Positions 9,056 to 19,216 of a DNA stretch of 64,000 nucleotides are shown piece after piece. The position numbers and the translations under genes were made by a program. How positions within the stretch are numbered: position 1 is the first letter of the stretch; each line of letters opens with the position of its first letter. The notes under the pieces are model-generated. The model had not been told where the DNA came from, did no database searches, and saw nothing but the letters and a program-made list of their open reading frames with translations. The DNA lies in assembly GCA_963721525.1 (NCBI GenBank), contig CAVRJL010000006.1, positions 1-64,000 of the forward strand. Reading direction: 5' to 3'. This DNA is from an uncultured Negativicutes bacterium. Lineage in GTDB: Bacteria > Bacillota > Negativicutes > JBAXTZ01.

Positions 9056-9967
9056 TTAATGCCTTAATCTTAATTCTTGTAGGTTTTTTTCTGCATCACG
9101 ATGTTTTACATCTACATTATACCCTCTTCTATTTAAAAACTTATATAACTTTTCACTAATAAAAACTGATCTGTGCGTTCCTCCTGTGCAACCAATTCCT
9201 ATTATTAGTTGGGCTTTGCCTTCTTGAATATAATTAGGCACTAAAAAATCTAATAAATCATAAAGTTTATAAATAAATCGTTGTGTTTTAGGCCATTTCC
9301 AAAGATAATCAGCTACACTTTTATCTATTCCTAATTTAAAACGTAAGTTATCTTTATAATAGGGATTTGCTAAAAAACGAACATCAAAAATCATATCTGC
9401 ATCTAACAATATACCGTATATGAATCCAAAAGAAACTATTTTTATTGTTAAACCTTTATCAAAGCCATCCCCGTAACAATTCATAATTTTCTCTTTTAAT
9501 TCAATTATTGATAAGTTAGAAGTATCTATAACAAAGTTACTATATTTTTTTATCTTTTCAAGTTTTTGTTTTTCTGTTTTTATTCCATCTTCTATATACC
9601 CGCTTAAGGCTAAAGGATGCTTTCGACGACTTTCTTTATATCTTCTTATTAATATATTTATGTCGGCTTGAAGATATAAAACTTCAAATAATAACTCGTT
9701 TTCAGTCATTTCTTGTAAAATCTTTTCAAAACCATTAAAAAAATCTCCTGTCCTACTATCTACGATGATTACTGTTTTCTTCAAGGATCTATAATTTTCA
9801 CACAATTGCGCTATTTTAGGTATAAATAATAGAGGAATATTATCTATACAATAATAGCTCAAATCTTCTAATATCTTAGCAACAGAGCTTTTTCCAGCTC
9901 CAGACATTCCTGTTAAAATCAATATTCTATTTTTCTTACTTTTGTTATTTATTAACATTTTTATCAC
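9056..9967 (-). CDS. rapZ: RNase adapter RapZ (YvcJ)
   Basis: TGMSGAGKS, RRKHPL, DVRFLANPYY and GCTGGTHRSV motifs. Confidence 0.95.
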   Translation of the reverse strand: MIKMLINNKSKKNRILILTGMSGAGKSSVAKILEDLSYYCIDNIPLLFIPKIAQLCENYRSLKKTVIIVDSRTGDFFNGFEKILQEMTENELLFEVLYLQADINILIRRYKESRRKHPLALSGYIEDGIKTEKQKLEKIKKYSNFVIDTSNLSIIELKEKIMNCYGDGFDKGLTIKIVSFGFIYGILLDADMIFDVRFLANPYYKDNLRFKLGIDKSVADYLWKWPKTQRFIYKLYDLLDFLVPNYIQEGKAQLIIGIGCTGGTHRSVFISEKLYKFLNRRGYNVDVKHRDAEKNLQELRLRH

Positions 9968-9969
9968 AA

Positions 9970-10695
9970 CTATATTTCTCTTTTTACTTTCCTAAGAAGA
10001 TGATTTTTCAACAATATTTCATTAAAATTTAGTATTTGTGTAGAAGGAACTTTATATTCTTTGATTAATTTCAGTACTTTGGGAAATTTACCTACCGATG
10101 AAGGAAAATGAGAATCAGATCCCAAAGATATTTTAGTTCCAAATTTTACACAATATTTAATTATTTTTCTACATATAACTTCACTGCCTACCCTTGTAAT
10201 AGTTAAAGAAGACTCATTTAGTTCTAAAGCAACGTTATTTTCAAAAGCAGCTAAAGCTATCTTTTCAGGATTAATCAATAATTTAGGGTTATCAGGATGA
10301 ACTATAATATCTACATAAGGATTTTTCATTGAATTTATTAATATTTGAGTATTTTCTTCAATACTGTACTGATTTTTTATAGCTACAGCATGTAATCCAG
10401 CCAGCACAATATCTAACTTTTTTAATATTTTTTTCTCTAAATCAAGTTTTCCTTTTTTATTTATAATATTACATTCTGCACCACGCAATACTTTTATCCC
10501 TTTAATAATAGGTGGTATTGATTGTAAATTGGTAAAATAATAAAAATGAGATGCTCCAGGCATTGCTATTCCATGGTCCGTAATTGCTATATATTTCAAA
10601 CCGTTTTCTTTTGCATAATCTATATTTTCCAAAACAGTTCCATAAGCATGTCCGCAGGAAATTGTGTGCGTATGTAAATCTGCGATTATTTGCAT
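9970..10695 (-). CDS. PHP-domain phosphatase (YcdX-like)
   Basis: DLHTHT, ITDHG, VHPDNP and GSDSH motifs. Confidence 0.85.
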   Translation of the reverse strand: MQIIADLHTHTISCGHAYGTVLENIDYAKENGLKYIAITDHGIAMPGASHFYYFTNLQSIPPIIKGIKVLRGAECNIINKKGKLDLEKKILKKLDIVLAGLHAVAIKNQYSIEENTQILINSMKNPYVDIIVHPDNPKLLINPEKIALAAFENNVALELNESSLTITRVGSEVICRKIIKYCVKFGTKISLGSDSHFPSSVGKFPKVLKLIKEYKVPSTQILNFNEILLKNHLLRKVKREI

Positions 10696-11153
10696 ATTAT
10701 CCTTTCCATTTTTAATAAAATCTTTTTATATTGTATTCCCCAATTATATCCACCAATGTTACCGTCGGAACGAATCACTCTGTGGCATGGTATAAATAGA
10801 GGAGTAAAATTTTTACCTACCGCATTTCCGACAGCTCTACACGAATAAGGCCTATTTATTTTCACAGCAATTTCCCTATATGTCATGACTTCACCTCTAG
10901 GTATATTCATAACTTCGAACAAAACCTGCTTTTCAAATTCGCTATATTTAGACAGATCTATATCTATATCCGGTTTCTTATTTTCTTGTCCTTGACAAAA
11001 ATCTATGATCCATTCTTGTATTGCAATATGCTTTTTATTTTTCTGTTTACAAAATTCAACATTTTTTTCATTATTGATAAGTTTAATAGCATATAAATTT
11101 TCATAATACCAATCTATATAAATTTTACCTAAATTTGTTTCAATTAAACACAT
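10686..11153 (-). CDS. ogt: Methylated-DNA--protein-cysteine methyltransferase
   Basis: RAVGNA...PCHRVI active-site motif. Confidence 0.9.
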   Translation of the reverse strand: MCLIETNLGKIYIDWYYENLYAIKLINNEKNVEFCKQKNKKHIAIQEWIIDFCQGQENKKPDIDIDLSKYSEFEKQVLFEVMNIPRGEVMTYREIAVKINRPYSCRAVGNAVGKNFTPLFIPCHRVIRSDGNIGGYNWGIQYKKILLKMERIICK

Positions 11154-11167
11154 TTCAACTCTTCTAA

Positions 11168-11203
11168 AATTTACAACCCTCCGATAAGGGAGGGTTGTAA
11201 ATT
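11168..11203 (-). terminator. Intrinsic terminator after hydFEG-rubredoxin
   Basis: 15-bp stem AATTTACAACCCTCC / GGAGGGTTGTAAATT. Confidence 0.8.
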
Positions 11204-11207
11204 AACT

Positions 11208-11363
11208 TTAAATTTGTTCAAAATTTGTTTTATCTACTCCACAAATTGGGCACACCCAATCATATGGAATATTTTCAAACTTTGTTCCAGGTTTTATACC
11301 TGATTCAATATACCCTTTTGTTTCATCATATTCAAACCCGCAAATCAAACATTTCCATACCAT
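11208..11363 (-). CDS. Rubredoxin, 51 aa (missing from the ORF track)
   Basis: MVWKCLICGFEYDETKGYIESGIKPGTKFENIPYDWVCPICGVDKTNFEQI; GGAGG RBS upstream. Confidence 0.95.
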   Translation of the reverse strand: MVWKCLICGFEYDETKGYIESGIKPGTKFENIPYDWVCPICGVDKTNFEQI

Positions 11364-11416
11364 CTAACTACCTCCACATACCATTTTATTTTAACATAAA
11401 ATAAAAATCCTTACAA

Positions 11417-12829
11417 TTAAAAATATAAGTTACGGGTACCGAAGTTGATTTTAACTAATTCATTTTTTAATTTACTTAGCATTTGTTTATCTTTTATTTC
11501 ACTGATATATTTTTCAATAAACTTTTCACCTGCTTTTTTTAATTCATCTGTCGCACAATCATTTAAAAATTCTTTTAAAGTTAATATTGCATTAGGTTGA
11601 CAAACATTTTGTATTTCTCCACTTTTTGCTAACTCCATAAATCTATCCCCTGTTCTTCCTGCACGATAACAAGCAGTGCAAAAACTTGGTAGCCATCCTT
11701 GTTCTAATAATTCTAGAACAATTTCAACTAATGTCCTATGATCTTCTATATTAAATTGTGTTTTCCCGTTATATTTTTTGGTACTGTATCCTCCTACACC
11801 TGCGCAACTACCTGCTGAAATCTGAGATATACCCCTTTGTAATAATTTTGTTCTAAATACGGCTGTTTCTCTAGTAGATAAAATAATACCAGTGTATGGC
11901 ACAGCCAGCCTTAATATGGCTATTATTTTTTCAAAATCAATATCATTTACCAAATAGGGATATTCATCTAAATTCATACCTTCAGCTTTTTTTAATCGAG
12001 GTACAGAAATAGTATGAGGGCCTACTCCAAATATTTTTTCTAAATATTGAATATGAAAAAACATTGCTGCTAATTCATAGCGCCAATCATATAAGCCAAA
12101 TAATATTCCAAATCCCACATCATCAATTCCAGCAGTCATCGCTCTATTATGAGCTGCCGTATGCCAATTAAAATCAGATTTCGGTCCAGACTTATGAACT
12201 TTTTCATATGTGAGTTTATGATATGTTTCTTGGAATAAAATATAAGTACCTATTTGCGCCTTTTTTAATTTTTTATAATTTTCAACAGTAGTACCTGCTA
12301 TATTAACATTACAACGTAAAATATCACCTTTTTGTCCGTTTGTAGAATAAATAGTATCAAGAGATTCTATGATATAATCTATGTCGCATCGTTCATAATC
12401 TTCTCCTGCTTCTAATGCAAGTCTTTTATGTCCCATGTTTTGTAAAACTTTAATTTCTTCTTGTATTTCCATTTGTGTCAATTTACATCGTTTTATATTA
12501 TTTATCATAGAATATCCGCAATAAGAGCACCTATTTACACAAAAATCACTAATATATAAAGGGGCAAATAAAACAATTCTTTTCCCATATATACGTTGCT
12601 TGACAATATTAGCAGCATTGAACATTTTATCTAATAATTTTTTATTATCTACATAAAATAAACAAGCGATATTTTCTAAACTAATTCCTTTCCCTTGAAT
12701 TGCTTTTTCAATCACTTCTTCTGTTTTTAATTTCGAAAATTTTTTCCCTTCTTCTAAAAATTTGAAAATTTTTTCTTCATTAATAAATTCCACTTTTTCC
12801 CATTCATTATGTTTACTCCAATAACTCAT
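11417..12829 (-). CDS. hydG: [FeFe]-hydrogenase maturase HydG
   Basis: FAPLYISDFCVNRCSYCG, GHKRLALEAGE, FQETYH and the C-terminal SFCTACYR...C motif. Confidence 0.95.
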   Translation of the reverse strand: MSYWSKHNEWEKVEFINEEKIFKFLEEGKKFSKLKTEEVIEKAIQGKGISLENIACLFYVDNKKLLDKMFNAANIVKQRIYGKRIVLFAPLYISDFCVNRCSYCGYSMINNIKRCKLTQMEIQEEIKVLQNMGHKRLALEAGEDYERCDIDYIIESLDTIYSTNGQKGDILRCNVNIAGTTVENYKKLKKAQIGTYILFQETYHKLTYEKVHKSGPKSDFNWHTAAHNRAMTAGIDDVGFGILFGLYDWRYELAAMFFHIQYLEKIFGVGPHTISVPRLKKAEGMNLDEYPYLVNDIDFEKIIAILRLAVPYTGIILSTRETAVFRTKLLQRGISQISAGSCAGVGGYSTKKYNGKTQFNIEDHRTLVEIVLELLEQGWLPSFCTACYRAGRTGDRFMELAKSGEIQNVCQPNAILTLKEFLNDCATDELKKAGEKFIEKYISEIKDKQMLSKLKNELVKINFGTRNLYF

Positions 12830-12838
12830 TTTTTTCTC

Positions 12839-13861
12839 CTATTTTTCAAATAAAGCAACTTTTTTCCCTGCTTTAATAATAATTTTTATAGCTAAATCAT
12901 AGGTTTTTTTAGCATCAATATTCACACTGCTTTTATTCGGATAAATTTTATAATGAGAACGATATTTTTGTAAAGTTAAATTTGGCATAATTATGTTTGC
13001 TCCACAATTTAAAGCTTCAAAACGTCGGTCGTTTTCAAGGCTCCCTAAGGAAGTTGTAGCAGGTAAATTAATAGTTTTTATTAATAATCTTGTTGCTGCA
13101 ATAGAATTTAAGGTCAAATTAGCAGATCCGCTGGCATAATAACTTAATGGTGTTTCATTATGAGCTATAAAGGGGCCCATTCCTGCCATTTCTACTTTTA
13201 ACTCTTTTAGCAATAAAATATCATCGGTTAAATCATTTAAAGAAGTATAGGGTAAACCTATCATCATCCCTGAACCAACTTCAAAACCTATTTCTTTAAG
13301 TATTCTTAAATGTTCTATTCTTTCTTTCCAACTTGTAGAAGGCCGCAATTTTTCAAATATTTTTTTATTAGCAGTTTCATGTTTCATTAAATATCTATCT
13401 GCTCCGGCAAAGTATAATTTTTTATAATTTTCCTCGTTTAGCAATCCTAACGATAATGTTATAGCAACGTTGTCACTCTCTTTAATTTTTTTAATTAAAT
13501 AACTTAACTTTTCTACATCAAAAATACTTTCTTCTCCGCTTTGCAATACAATTGTTCCATAGCCTAATTTAATACCGTATTTTGCCATACCAATAACTTC
13601 ATCGTCAGTACAACGATATCTACACACCCTTTTATTGTCTCTTCTCAAACCACAATAAAAACAATTACTTTTACAATAGTTGGAGTACTCTATAATTCCT
13701 CGTAGTTTAATTTTATTATTATAAATAGATTCACATATTTGATTAGCTTCATTAAACAATAATGTTTGTTTATCGTTTTCGGCTAAAAGTAAAAGTTGTA
13801 TATTTTCTTCATTTGGAATTCCTTGTTTTGTTTCTGCAATAGCTTTAACAAATTTATCCAT
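12839..13861 (-). CDS. hydE: [FeFe]-hydrogenase maturase HydE
   Basis: RGIIEYSNYCKSNCFYCGLR, LQSGE, GANIIMPN and YKIYPNK; lies between hydF and hydG. Confidence 0.93.
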   Translation of the reverse strand: MDKFVKAIAETKQGIPNEENIQLLLLAENDKQTLLFNEANQICESIYNNKIKLRGIIEYSNYCKSNCFYCGLRRDNKRVCRYRCTDDEVIGMAKYGIKLGYGTIVLQSGEESIFDVEKLSYLIKKIKESDNVAITLSLGLLNEENYKKLYFAGADRYLMKHETANKKIFEKLRPSTSWKERIEHLRILKEIGFEVGSGMMIGLPYTSLNDLTDDILLLKELKVEMAGMGPFIAHNETPLSYYASGSANLTLNSIAATRLLIKTINLPATTSLGSLENDRRFEALNCGANIIMPNLTLQKYRSHYKIYPNKSSVNIDAKKTYDLAIKIIIKAGKKVALFEK

Positions 13862-13872
13862 TTCTCCCCCCT

Positions 13873-15093
13873 CTAGTTGAGTCTTTTTTGTAAATTAGGC
13901 CAAGGAGACAATACTCTTTTTAAAATTCCATTTAAATAGGCAAGCGCTATTCCATAATTTACAATGGAAACATTTTTCTTATTACAAACATTAATTCTAT
14001 GCAATATATCTCTTCTGTTAGTCATACATCCACCACAATGTACCACTAAATCATAATCTTGCAAATCTGCTGGAAATTCTCTACCGGTACAAAAAGAAAA
14101 ATTAACTTCTCCATACTTTTGTTTTATTAACTCGGGTATTTTTACTGAACCTATATCTCCTTCTACTCTATGATGTGTACAAGTTTCTGCAATTAAAACT
14201 TTACTACCTGTGTGCAACCTACTTATTTTCTTTACTCCATTTATAAATGTTTCTAAATTTCCTTTATATCTAGCAAACAAAATAGAAAAAGAAGTTAAAA
14301 GGATATCTTCAGGAGTATCTTTTTCTACTTGAGAAAAAACCTGAGAATCGGTTATTACTATTTTAGGAGATTGTTTCAAAGAATTAATACAAGTTTTCAA
14401 TTGATTTTCTTTTATCACATATACTAAAGCGTTATTATCAATAATATCTCTTATGAGTTGCACTTGCGGTAATATAAGTCGATTTTTTGGAGCAGCTTTA
14501 TCTATAGGTGTAACAAGAATACAAATTTCATTATCTGAAATTAAATCTCCGATAATAGTATCATTTTTCCAATTTTTAGGGACATTTTTAATCAGCATTT
14601 TTTTCAACTCTTCAATTCCTTGTTTCTCCTTAGCGCTAACCGCAAAGACATTATAATTTTTAAACTTGCTTTTATATTCACTTATTTTTTTTTCATTATC
14701 TATATTTAAATCGCTTTTATTTAAAACAAAAATCAAAGGAATATTCAAAGATTTACTATTCTCAACCAATTCCTTATCAAATTCCGTAAATTTACTTTCA
14801 ATATCAATAACTAATAAAGCTATATCTGTTACATTTAAAATATCTATTGTTTTTTCTTTCCGTATTTTTCCTAAACTACTTTCATCATCTATTCCTGCTG
14901 TATCTATAAACATAACAGGGCCTATAGGTAAAATTTCCATGGCTTTGTATACAGGATCTGTCGTCGTTCCTGCTCTATTGGAAACAATAGCTAAATTTTG
15001 ATTTACCAAAGCATTTATTAAGCTTGATTTACCAGCATTGCAACGACCAAAAACAGCTATATGCAACCGATCCCCTTTTGTTGTAAAAAACAT
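13873..15093 (-). CDS. hydF: [FeFe]-hydrogenase maturase GTPase HydF
   Basis: GRCNAGKSS, RLILPQ and the CTHH...HCGGC Fe-S ligands. Confidence 0.95.
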   Translation of the reverse strand: MFFTTKGDRLHIAVFGRCNAGKSSLINALVNQNLAIVSNRAGTTTDPVYKAMEILPIGPVMFIDTAGIDDESSLGKIRKEKTIDILNVTDIALLVIDIESKFTEFDKELVENSKSLNIPLIFVLNKSDLNIDNEKKISEYKSKFKNYNVFAVSAKEKQGIEELKKMLIKNVPKNWKNDTIIGDLISDNEICILVTPIDKAAPKNRLILPQVQLIRDIIDNNALVYVIKENQLKTCINSLKQSPKIVITDSQVFSQVEKDTPEDILLTSFSILFARYKGNLETFINGVKKISRLHTGSKVLIAETCTHHRVEGDIGSVKIPELIKQKYGEVNFSFCTGREFPADLQDYDLVVHCGGCMTNRRDILHRINVCNKKNVSIVNYGIALAYLNGILKRVLSPWPNLQKRLN

Positions 15094-15262
15094 GCTTACC
15101 TCGATTATAAAAATTTATATTAAAATTTCAAGAAAAATTAGAAAAAACTAAACGAGCAATTCAAAAGCATAAATTAAAAATTCTATGAAAAAATAACTAT
15201 TATATCTCTCCTAAGCATAAAAGTTTAATTATAATAAAAAATTTCATCTATTAGTTTATATA

Positions 15263-16600
15263 CTAACTTATTCTTTCTTTATGTTCTCTTATTATTAATT
15301 TAATTGGAGTTCCATCAAAACTAAAAGCTTCTCTAAGCTTATTTTCTAAATAACGTAAATAAGAAAAATGCATTATTGAAGGTGAATTGACAAAAACTAT
15401 AAATGTCGGCGGTTGTATTGACGCTTGTGTTGCATAGAAAATTTTTAATCTTCGCCCTTTATCATTTGGCGGCGGATAAAGGGCTTGAGCTTCTACGAAT
15501 ATCTGATTTAAAATACTTGTTTGTATACGCATACTATGTTGTTGAGAAACATATTTGGCTAATTCTAATACTTTTGATATTCTTTTTTTGGTAAAAGCAG
15601 ATAAAAATACTATAGGTGCGTATTTCATAAAAACCAATTTATTATATATTTCTTTTTGAAAAGTGGGTATAGTTTGATTATTTTTTTTTATTAAATCCCA
15701 TTTATTTACTCCTATTATGCAACCTCTACCATTTTCGTGAACATACCCAGCAATTTTTTTATCTTGCTCTGTTAATCTATCTATAGCGTCAATTAAAATT
15801 ACAACAATATCAGCACGCTCTATTGCTTTTAAACTCCTCATAATACTGTATCGTTCTATAGAAAAATCTATTTTAGACTTTCTACGCATTCCTGCGGTAT
15901 CGATTAACAAATATTTCTGCCCATCCTTTTCTAAATAACTATCAATAGCATCTCTAGTAGTTCCAGGTGTACTACTTACTATTGCTCTTTGTGTTCCCAA
16001 TAAAGAATTTAATAATGAAGATTTACCAACATTAGGACGTCCTACTAAAGCTAACTTTATTATGTCTTCACTTTCCTTTTCCTTAATTTTTATGTTTGGA
16101 ATACTATTTATTATTTTATCAAGTAAATCTCCTAAATTTCTAGCATTTGTCGCAGAAATTCCTATGGGATATCCCAATCCAAGTTTATAAAATTCAAAAA
16201 CTTCGTTATCTTGTTTTAAGCTATCTATTTTATTTACACATAATATTATAGGTTTACTATTTTTGCAATTTGATCTTAAAATTTTAGCAATTTCTTTATC
16301 ATCTAAAGTAATTCCAAATTTGCCATCTACCATAAACAAAATAACTGCAGCTTCCTTAACTGCAAACATTGCTTGAGTATGCATCTGAGAAGTTACTGTA
16401 TCTTTTGTTTTAAATTGTATTCCAGCTGTGTCTATCATTGTAAACTCTGTTCCACGCCATTCTCCGTCCATATACAAGCGATCTCTTGTTAATCCAGGAA
16501 TAGTATCTACTATTGATAATCTTCGTTTACCAATGTAATTAAACAATGTTGATTTTCCTACATTAGGATGCCCTATAATAGCAACTATTGGTTTTACCAT
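15263..16600 (-). CDS. der: Ribosome biogenesis GTPase Der
   Basis: Two G domains (PNVGKS, DTAG, NKxD) followed by a KH-like tail. Confidence 0.97.
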   Translation of the reverse strand: MVKPIVAIIGHPNVGKSTLFNYIGKRRLSIVDTIPGLTRDRLYMDGEWRGTEFTMIDTAGIQFKTKDTVTSQMHTQAMFAVKEAAVILFMVDGKFGITLDDKEIAKILRSNCKNSKPIILCVNKIDSLKQDNEVFEFYKLGLGYPIGISATNARNLGDLLDKIINSIPNIKIKEKESEDIIKLALVGRPNVGKSSLLNSLLGTQRAIVSSTPGTTRDAIDSYLEKDGQKYLLIDTAGMRRKSKIDFSIERYSIMRSLKAIERADIVVILIDAIDRLTEQDKKIAGYVHENGRGCIIGVNKWDLIKKNNQTIPTFQKEIYNKLVFMKYAPIVFLSAFTKKRISKVLELAKYVSQQHSMRIQTSILNQIFVEAQALYPPPNDKGRRLKIFYATQASIQPPTFIVFVNSPSIMHFSYLRYLENKLREAFSFDGTPIKLIIREHKERIS

Positions 16601-16622
16601 TTGTTCTCCTTGATATTTTTAC

Positions 16623-17939
16623 TTATTTTCTCTTCCAAAAATATAACATTTTCTTTAACTGTGCGCCTCCGCATGCTACTTCAACAGTTACTTTAGTTTC
16701 ATAAGCCAAGTCCTTTATCGTTATATTATCTAAAAATATATCCTCATCTCCTTTAACCGCTACAGATGGTATTATTATACCATCTGCAGATTGTTCTATT
16801 TTTTTTAATGTTTTTATAATATCTTGCCCTGTAAGCAGCCCATTTACTGTTATTGTTTTACCAAAAAATTCATTTTCTACTATTACAAGTCTTATATACA
16901 AATTTGCTATTTTTATCTTGCTAAGTAAAATTTTTAGTATTGGCTCTGCCAATTTGCCACAAATAACATCTATTAGTAAAGGAGATTTATACTTTTGTCG
17001 AAAAAATTTTGCCTCATTCCATTGTTCAATGAATAGACGAGATATTCCTATACCATTTTCTAATTGTAAATATTCATTATAATATCTTTTTGGAGGTAAT
17101 TTGTATTTTGCCTGTAGAAAAAATTCATCTGCTAAATAAATAAAAAATTTTTCTTTCTCCATTTTTATTTTTTTTTGCCAACATTCTATTTGTTTTATTG
17201 TTTCTTGAGCAATTTTACTTGTTACGTTCTCAATCTTTACTAATTTTTCTCTATATTTTGTCATCCCTACAGGTACTATAGCTAATGATAAAACACTTTT
17301 TCTTATTTGATATAAATCAAATATAGTTTTATCTAAACACTGCTTATCATTCCAATTAGGACATAAAACTAACTGTAAATGAAATTTAATTTTATTCTTT
17401 GCTAATTTTTTTAAACTTTCCAGTATGTTTATTTTTCTTTTGCTTCTAACCATTTTTTTATATAAAATAGTATCTGTAGTATGAACTGAAATATATAATG
17501 GAGATATATTATATTGATAAATACGCTTAAAATCTCTTTGTGTAATATTAGTTAAAGTAATAAAGCTACTATTTATGAAAGACATACGATAATCATCATC
17601 TTTTACATATAGAGTTTGTCTCATATTTAATGGCAATTGCTCAACAAAACAAAATATACAATTATTGATACATCTTTTTATGTTATCAAAAACGGCGCTT
17701 TCTAATTCTACACCAAGCAAAGTATCATATTCTTTTTCAAACCTAATTATTTTTCTTTTATTATTTTTTTTTTTAATTTCTATTTCTACTAGTTCATCAC
17801 AAAAAGTATAGTTAAATTCTATTAAATCATTACTTTTCTTACTATTAATCCCTATTATTTCATCACCAGGTTCTAATCCGTATTTTTGAGCTAGTGAGTC
17901 TGGGAACACTTTTGCAATTTTTGCACCTATTTTATTCAT
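16623..17939 (-). CDS. DUF512 family protein (PDZ plus radical-SAM-like Fe-S domain)
   Basis: N-terminal PDZ-like segment, CINNCIFCF, YVKDDDYRMSF and QLENGIG; upstream of der. Confidence 0.85.
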   Translation of the reverse strand: MNKIGAKIAKVFPDSLAQKYGLEPGDEIIGINSKKSNDLIEFNYTFCDELVEIEIKKKNNKRKIIRFEKEYDTLLGVELESAVFDNIKRCINNCIFCFVEQLPLNMRQTLYVKDDDYRMSFINSSFITLTNITQRDFKRIYQYNISPLYISVHTTDTILYKKMVRSKRKINILESLKKLAKNKIKFHLQLVLCPNWNDKQCLDKTIFDLYQIRKSVLSLAIVPVGMTKYREKLVKIENVTSKIAQETIKQIECWQKKIKMEKEKFFIYLADEFFLQAKYKLPPKRYYNEYLQLENGIGISRLFIEQWNEAKFFRQKYKSPLLIDVICGKLAEPILKILLSKIKIANLYIRLVIVENEFFGKTITVNGLLTGQDIIKTLKKIEQSADGIIIPSVAVKGDEDIFLDNITIKDLAYETKVTVEVACGGAQLKKMLYFWKRK

Positions 17940-17974
17940 TTATTAATCTCCATTTAAAATAGTTTCAGCAAATA

Positions 17975-18010
17975 AAAACGGCTTGTCTACATTACAATAA
18001 ACAAGCCGTT
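17975..18010 (-). terminator. Intrinsic terminator after the mini-NrdD gene
   Basis: AACGGCTTGT / ACAAGCCGTT stem followed by TTTATTT on the minus strand. Confidence 0.6.
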
Positions 18011-18027
18011 CAACTTTAACAGTTATA

Positions 18028-18318
18028 TCAACAAAAATGTTTAATTCTATCCCTTTCTTCGCTTCTTTTGGCCAAATTAAAATTTTCTATTTCAGATAAA
18101 TAACCTGTAATTCGTCTAAGCCTTTTAATATTTGGTATTGGTTTGGACACTACTTCTGCTTCTTCATCATTTTTCTTAATTATTTCTATAGAAATAATTT
18201 TTTGATTACGTTCTTTTTTCATTTTCTCAGTTTCAATAGTTAATAATTGTTTCAAATAATCCATTTTTAATGCAACGTCACTTCTTATATTAACTCCATT
18301 AATTACATATTCAAACAT
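18028..18318 (-). CDS. Small stand-alone NrdD C-terminal (glycyl-radical loop) protein
   Basis: RLRRITGYLS...FNLAKRSEERDRIKH matches the class III RNR C-terminus; only 96 aa. Confidence 0.75.
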   Translation of the reverse strand: MFEYVINGVNIRSDVALKMDYLKQLLTIETEKMKKERNQKIISIEIIKKNDEEAEVVSKPIPNIKRLRRITGYLSEIENFNLAKRSEERDRIKHFC

Positions 18319-18348
18319 TTTATTTACCTCTTTAATTAATATACATAA

Positions 18349-18364
18349 ATACTATATATTGGTG
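18349..18364. promoter_or_regulatory. Candidate NrdR box
   Basis: ATACTATATATTGGTG; the core CTATATATTG fits the CwAtATaTwG consensus, about 30 bp upstream of the NrdD-like gene. Confidence 0.5.
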
Positions 18365-18388
18365 TATGGTATCATATACTTTATTAAT

Positions 18389-19198
18389 TTACAAGTTTAT
18401 AGATCTTATTTTTAAGTAAATATTGCTTAAAAAAAATATAAATACAGACACTAATACTATAGTAGCTCCTGGAGCAAATCCGTAAAAAAAAGATACGCTT
18501 AATCCTATTAATACAGATATTATGGCACTTAATTCACTTAGCATAATCGTTTGAATAAATCCTTTTTTATATTGCAAACTAGTAACCGTAGGTAAAATCA
18601 ATAAAGCTCCTATAAGTAAGACTCCAATACTCATTATTCCAATCACGACTGTCAACGCCACTATTATGTTAAAAACTAAACCTAATTTTTTCGTTTCTAT
18701 TCCTGATACATATGCAGAATCCTCATCAAAAGTTGCTAACAAAATTTTTTTAAAATTATAACTCATATATATTATTATAAATAAAAAAAATGAAAATATA
18801 AGTATTAAATCAGAGTTCGAAATTGTAATTACATTACCAAATAAATAACTTAACATATTAGAATTAGAAATTTTTGCTAAATTCGAAAAAAAAACACCTA
18901 AAGCCATGCCTGTATAAAATATTATTGCCAAAGCTACATCGGCATAATTTAAAAATTTCCTACGTAAATATTCTATTAAAATTGCTCCTAGGATAATTAA
19001 TATTATTGCGGATAGCAAAGGAAAAAAGTTAACATAATAACCGATCATAATTCCAGCAAAAGCTAAATGACCTATTCCATCACCAATTAAAGCTTGACGT
19101 CTTGTTACAACAAATATCCCTATTATAGGGCATATTATTGCTGTCAATAAACTTGCCGTTAAAGCTTTCCAAATAAAATGATATTGTAATATCTCCAT
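18389..19198 (-). CDS. znuB: Zn/Mn ABC transporter permease (ZnuB-like)
   Basis: GDGIGHLAFAG, YLFGNV, TFDEDSA and GVLLIGALL motifs. Confidence 0.85.
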   Translation of the reverse strand: MEILQYHFIWKALTASLLTAIICPIIGIFVVTRRQALIGDGIGHLAFAGIMIGYYVNFFPLLSAIILIILGAILIEYLRRKFLNYADVALAIIFYTGMALGVFFSNLAKISNSNMLSYLFGNVITISNSDLILIFSFFLFIIIYMSYNFKKILLATFDEDSAYVSGIETKKLGLVFNIIVALTVVIGIMSIGVLLIGALLILPTVTSLQYKKGFIQTIMLSELSAIISVLIGLSVSFFYGFAPGATIVLVSVFIFFLSNIYLKIRSINL

Positions 19199-19216
19199 TT
19201 TTTCCTCTGTTTTAAA

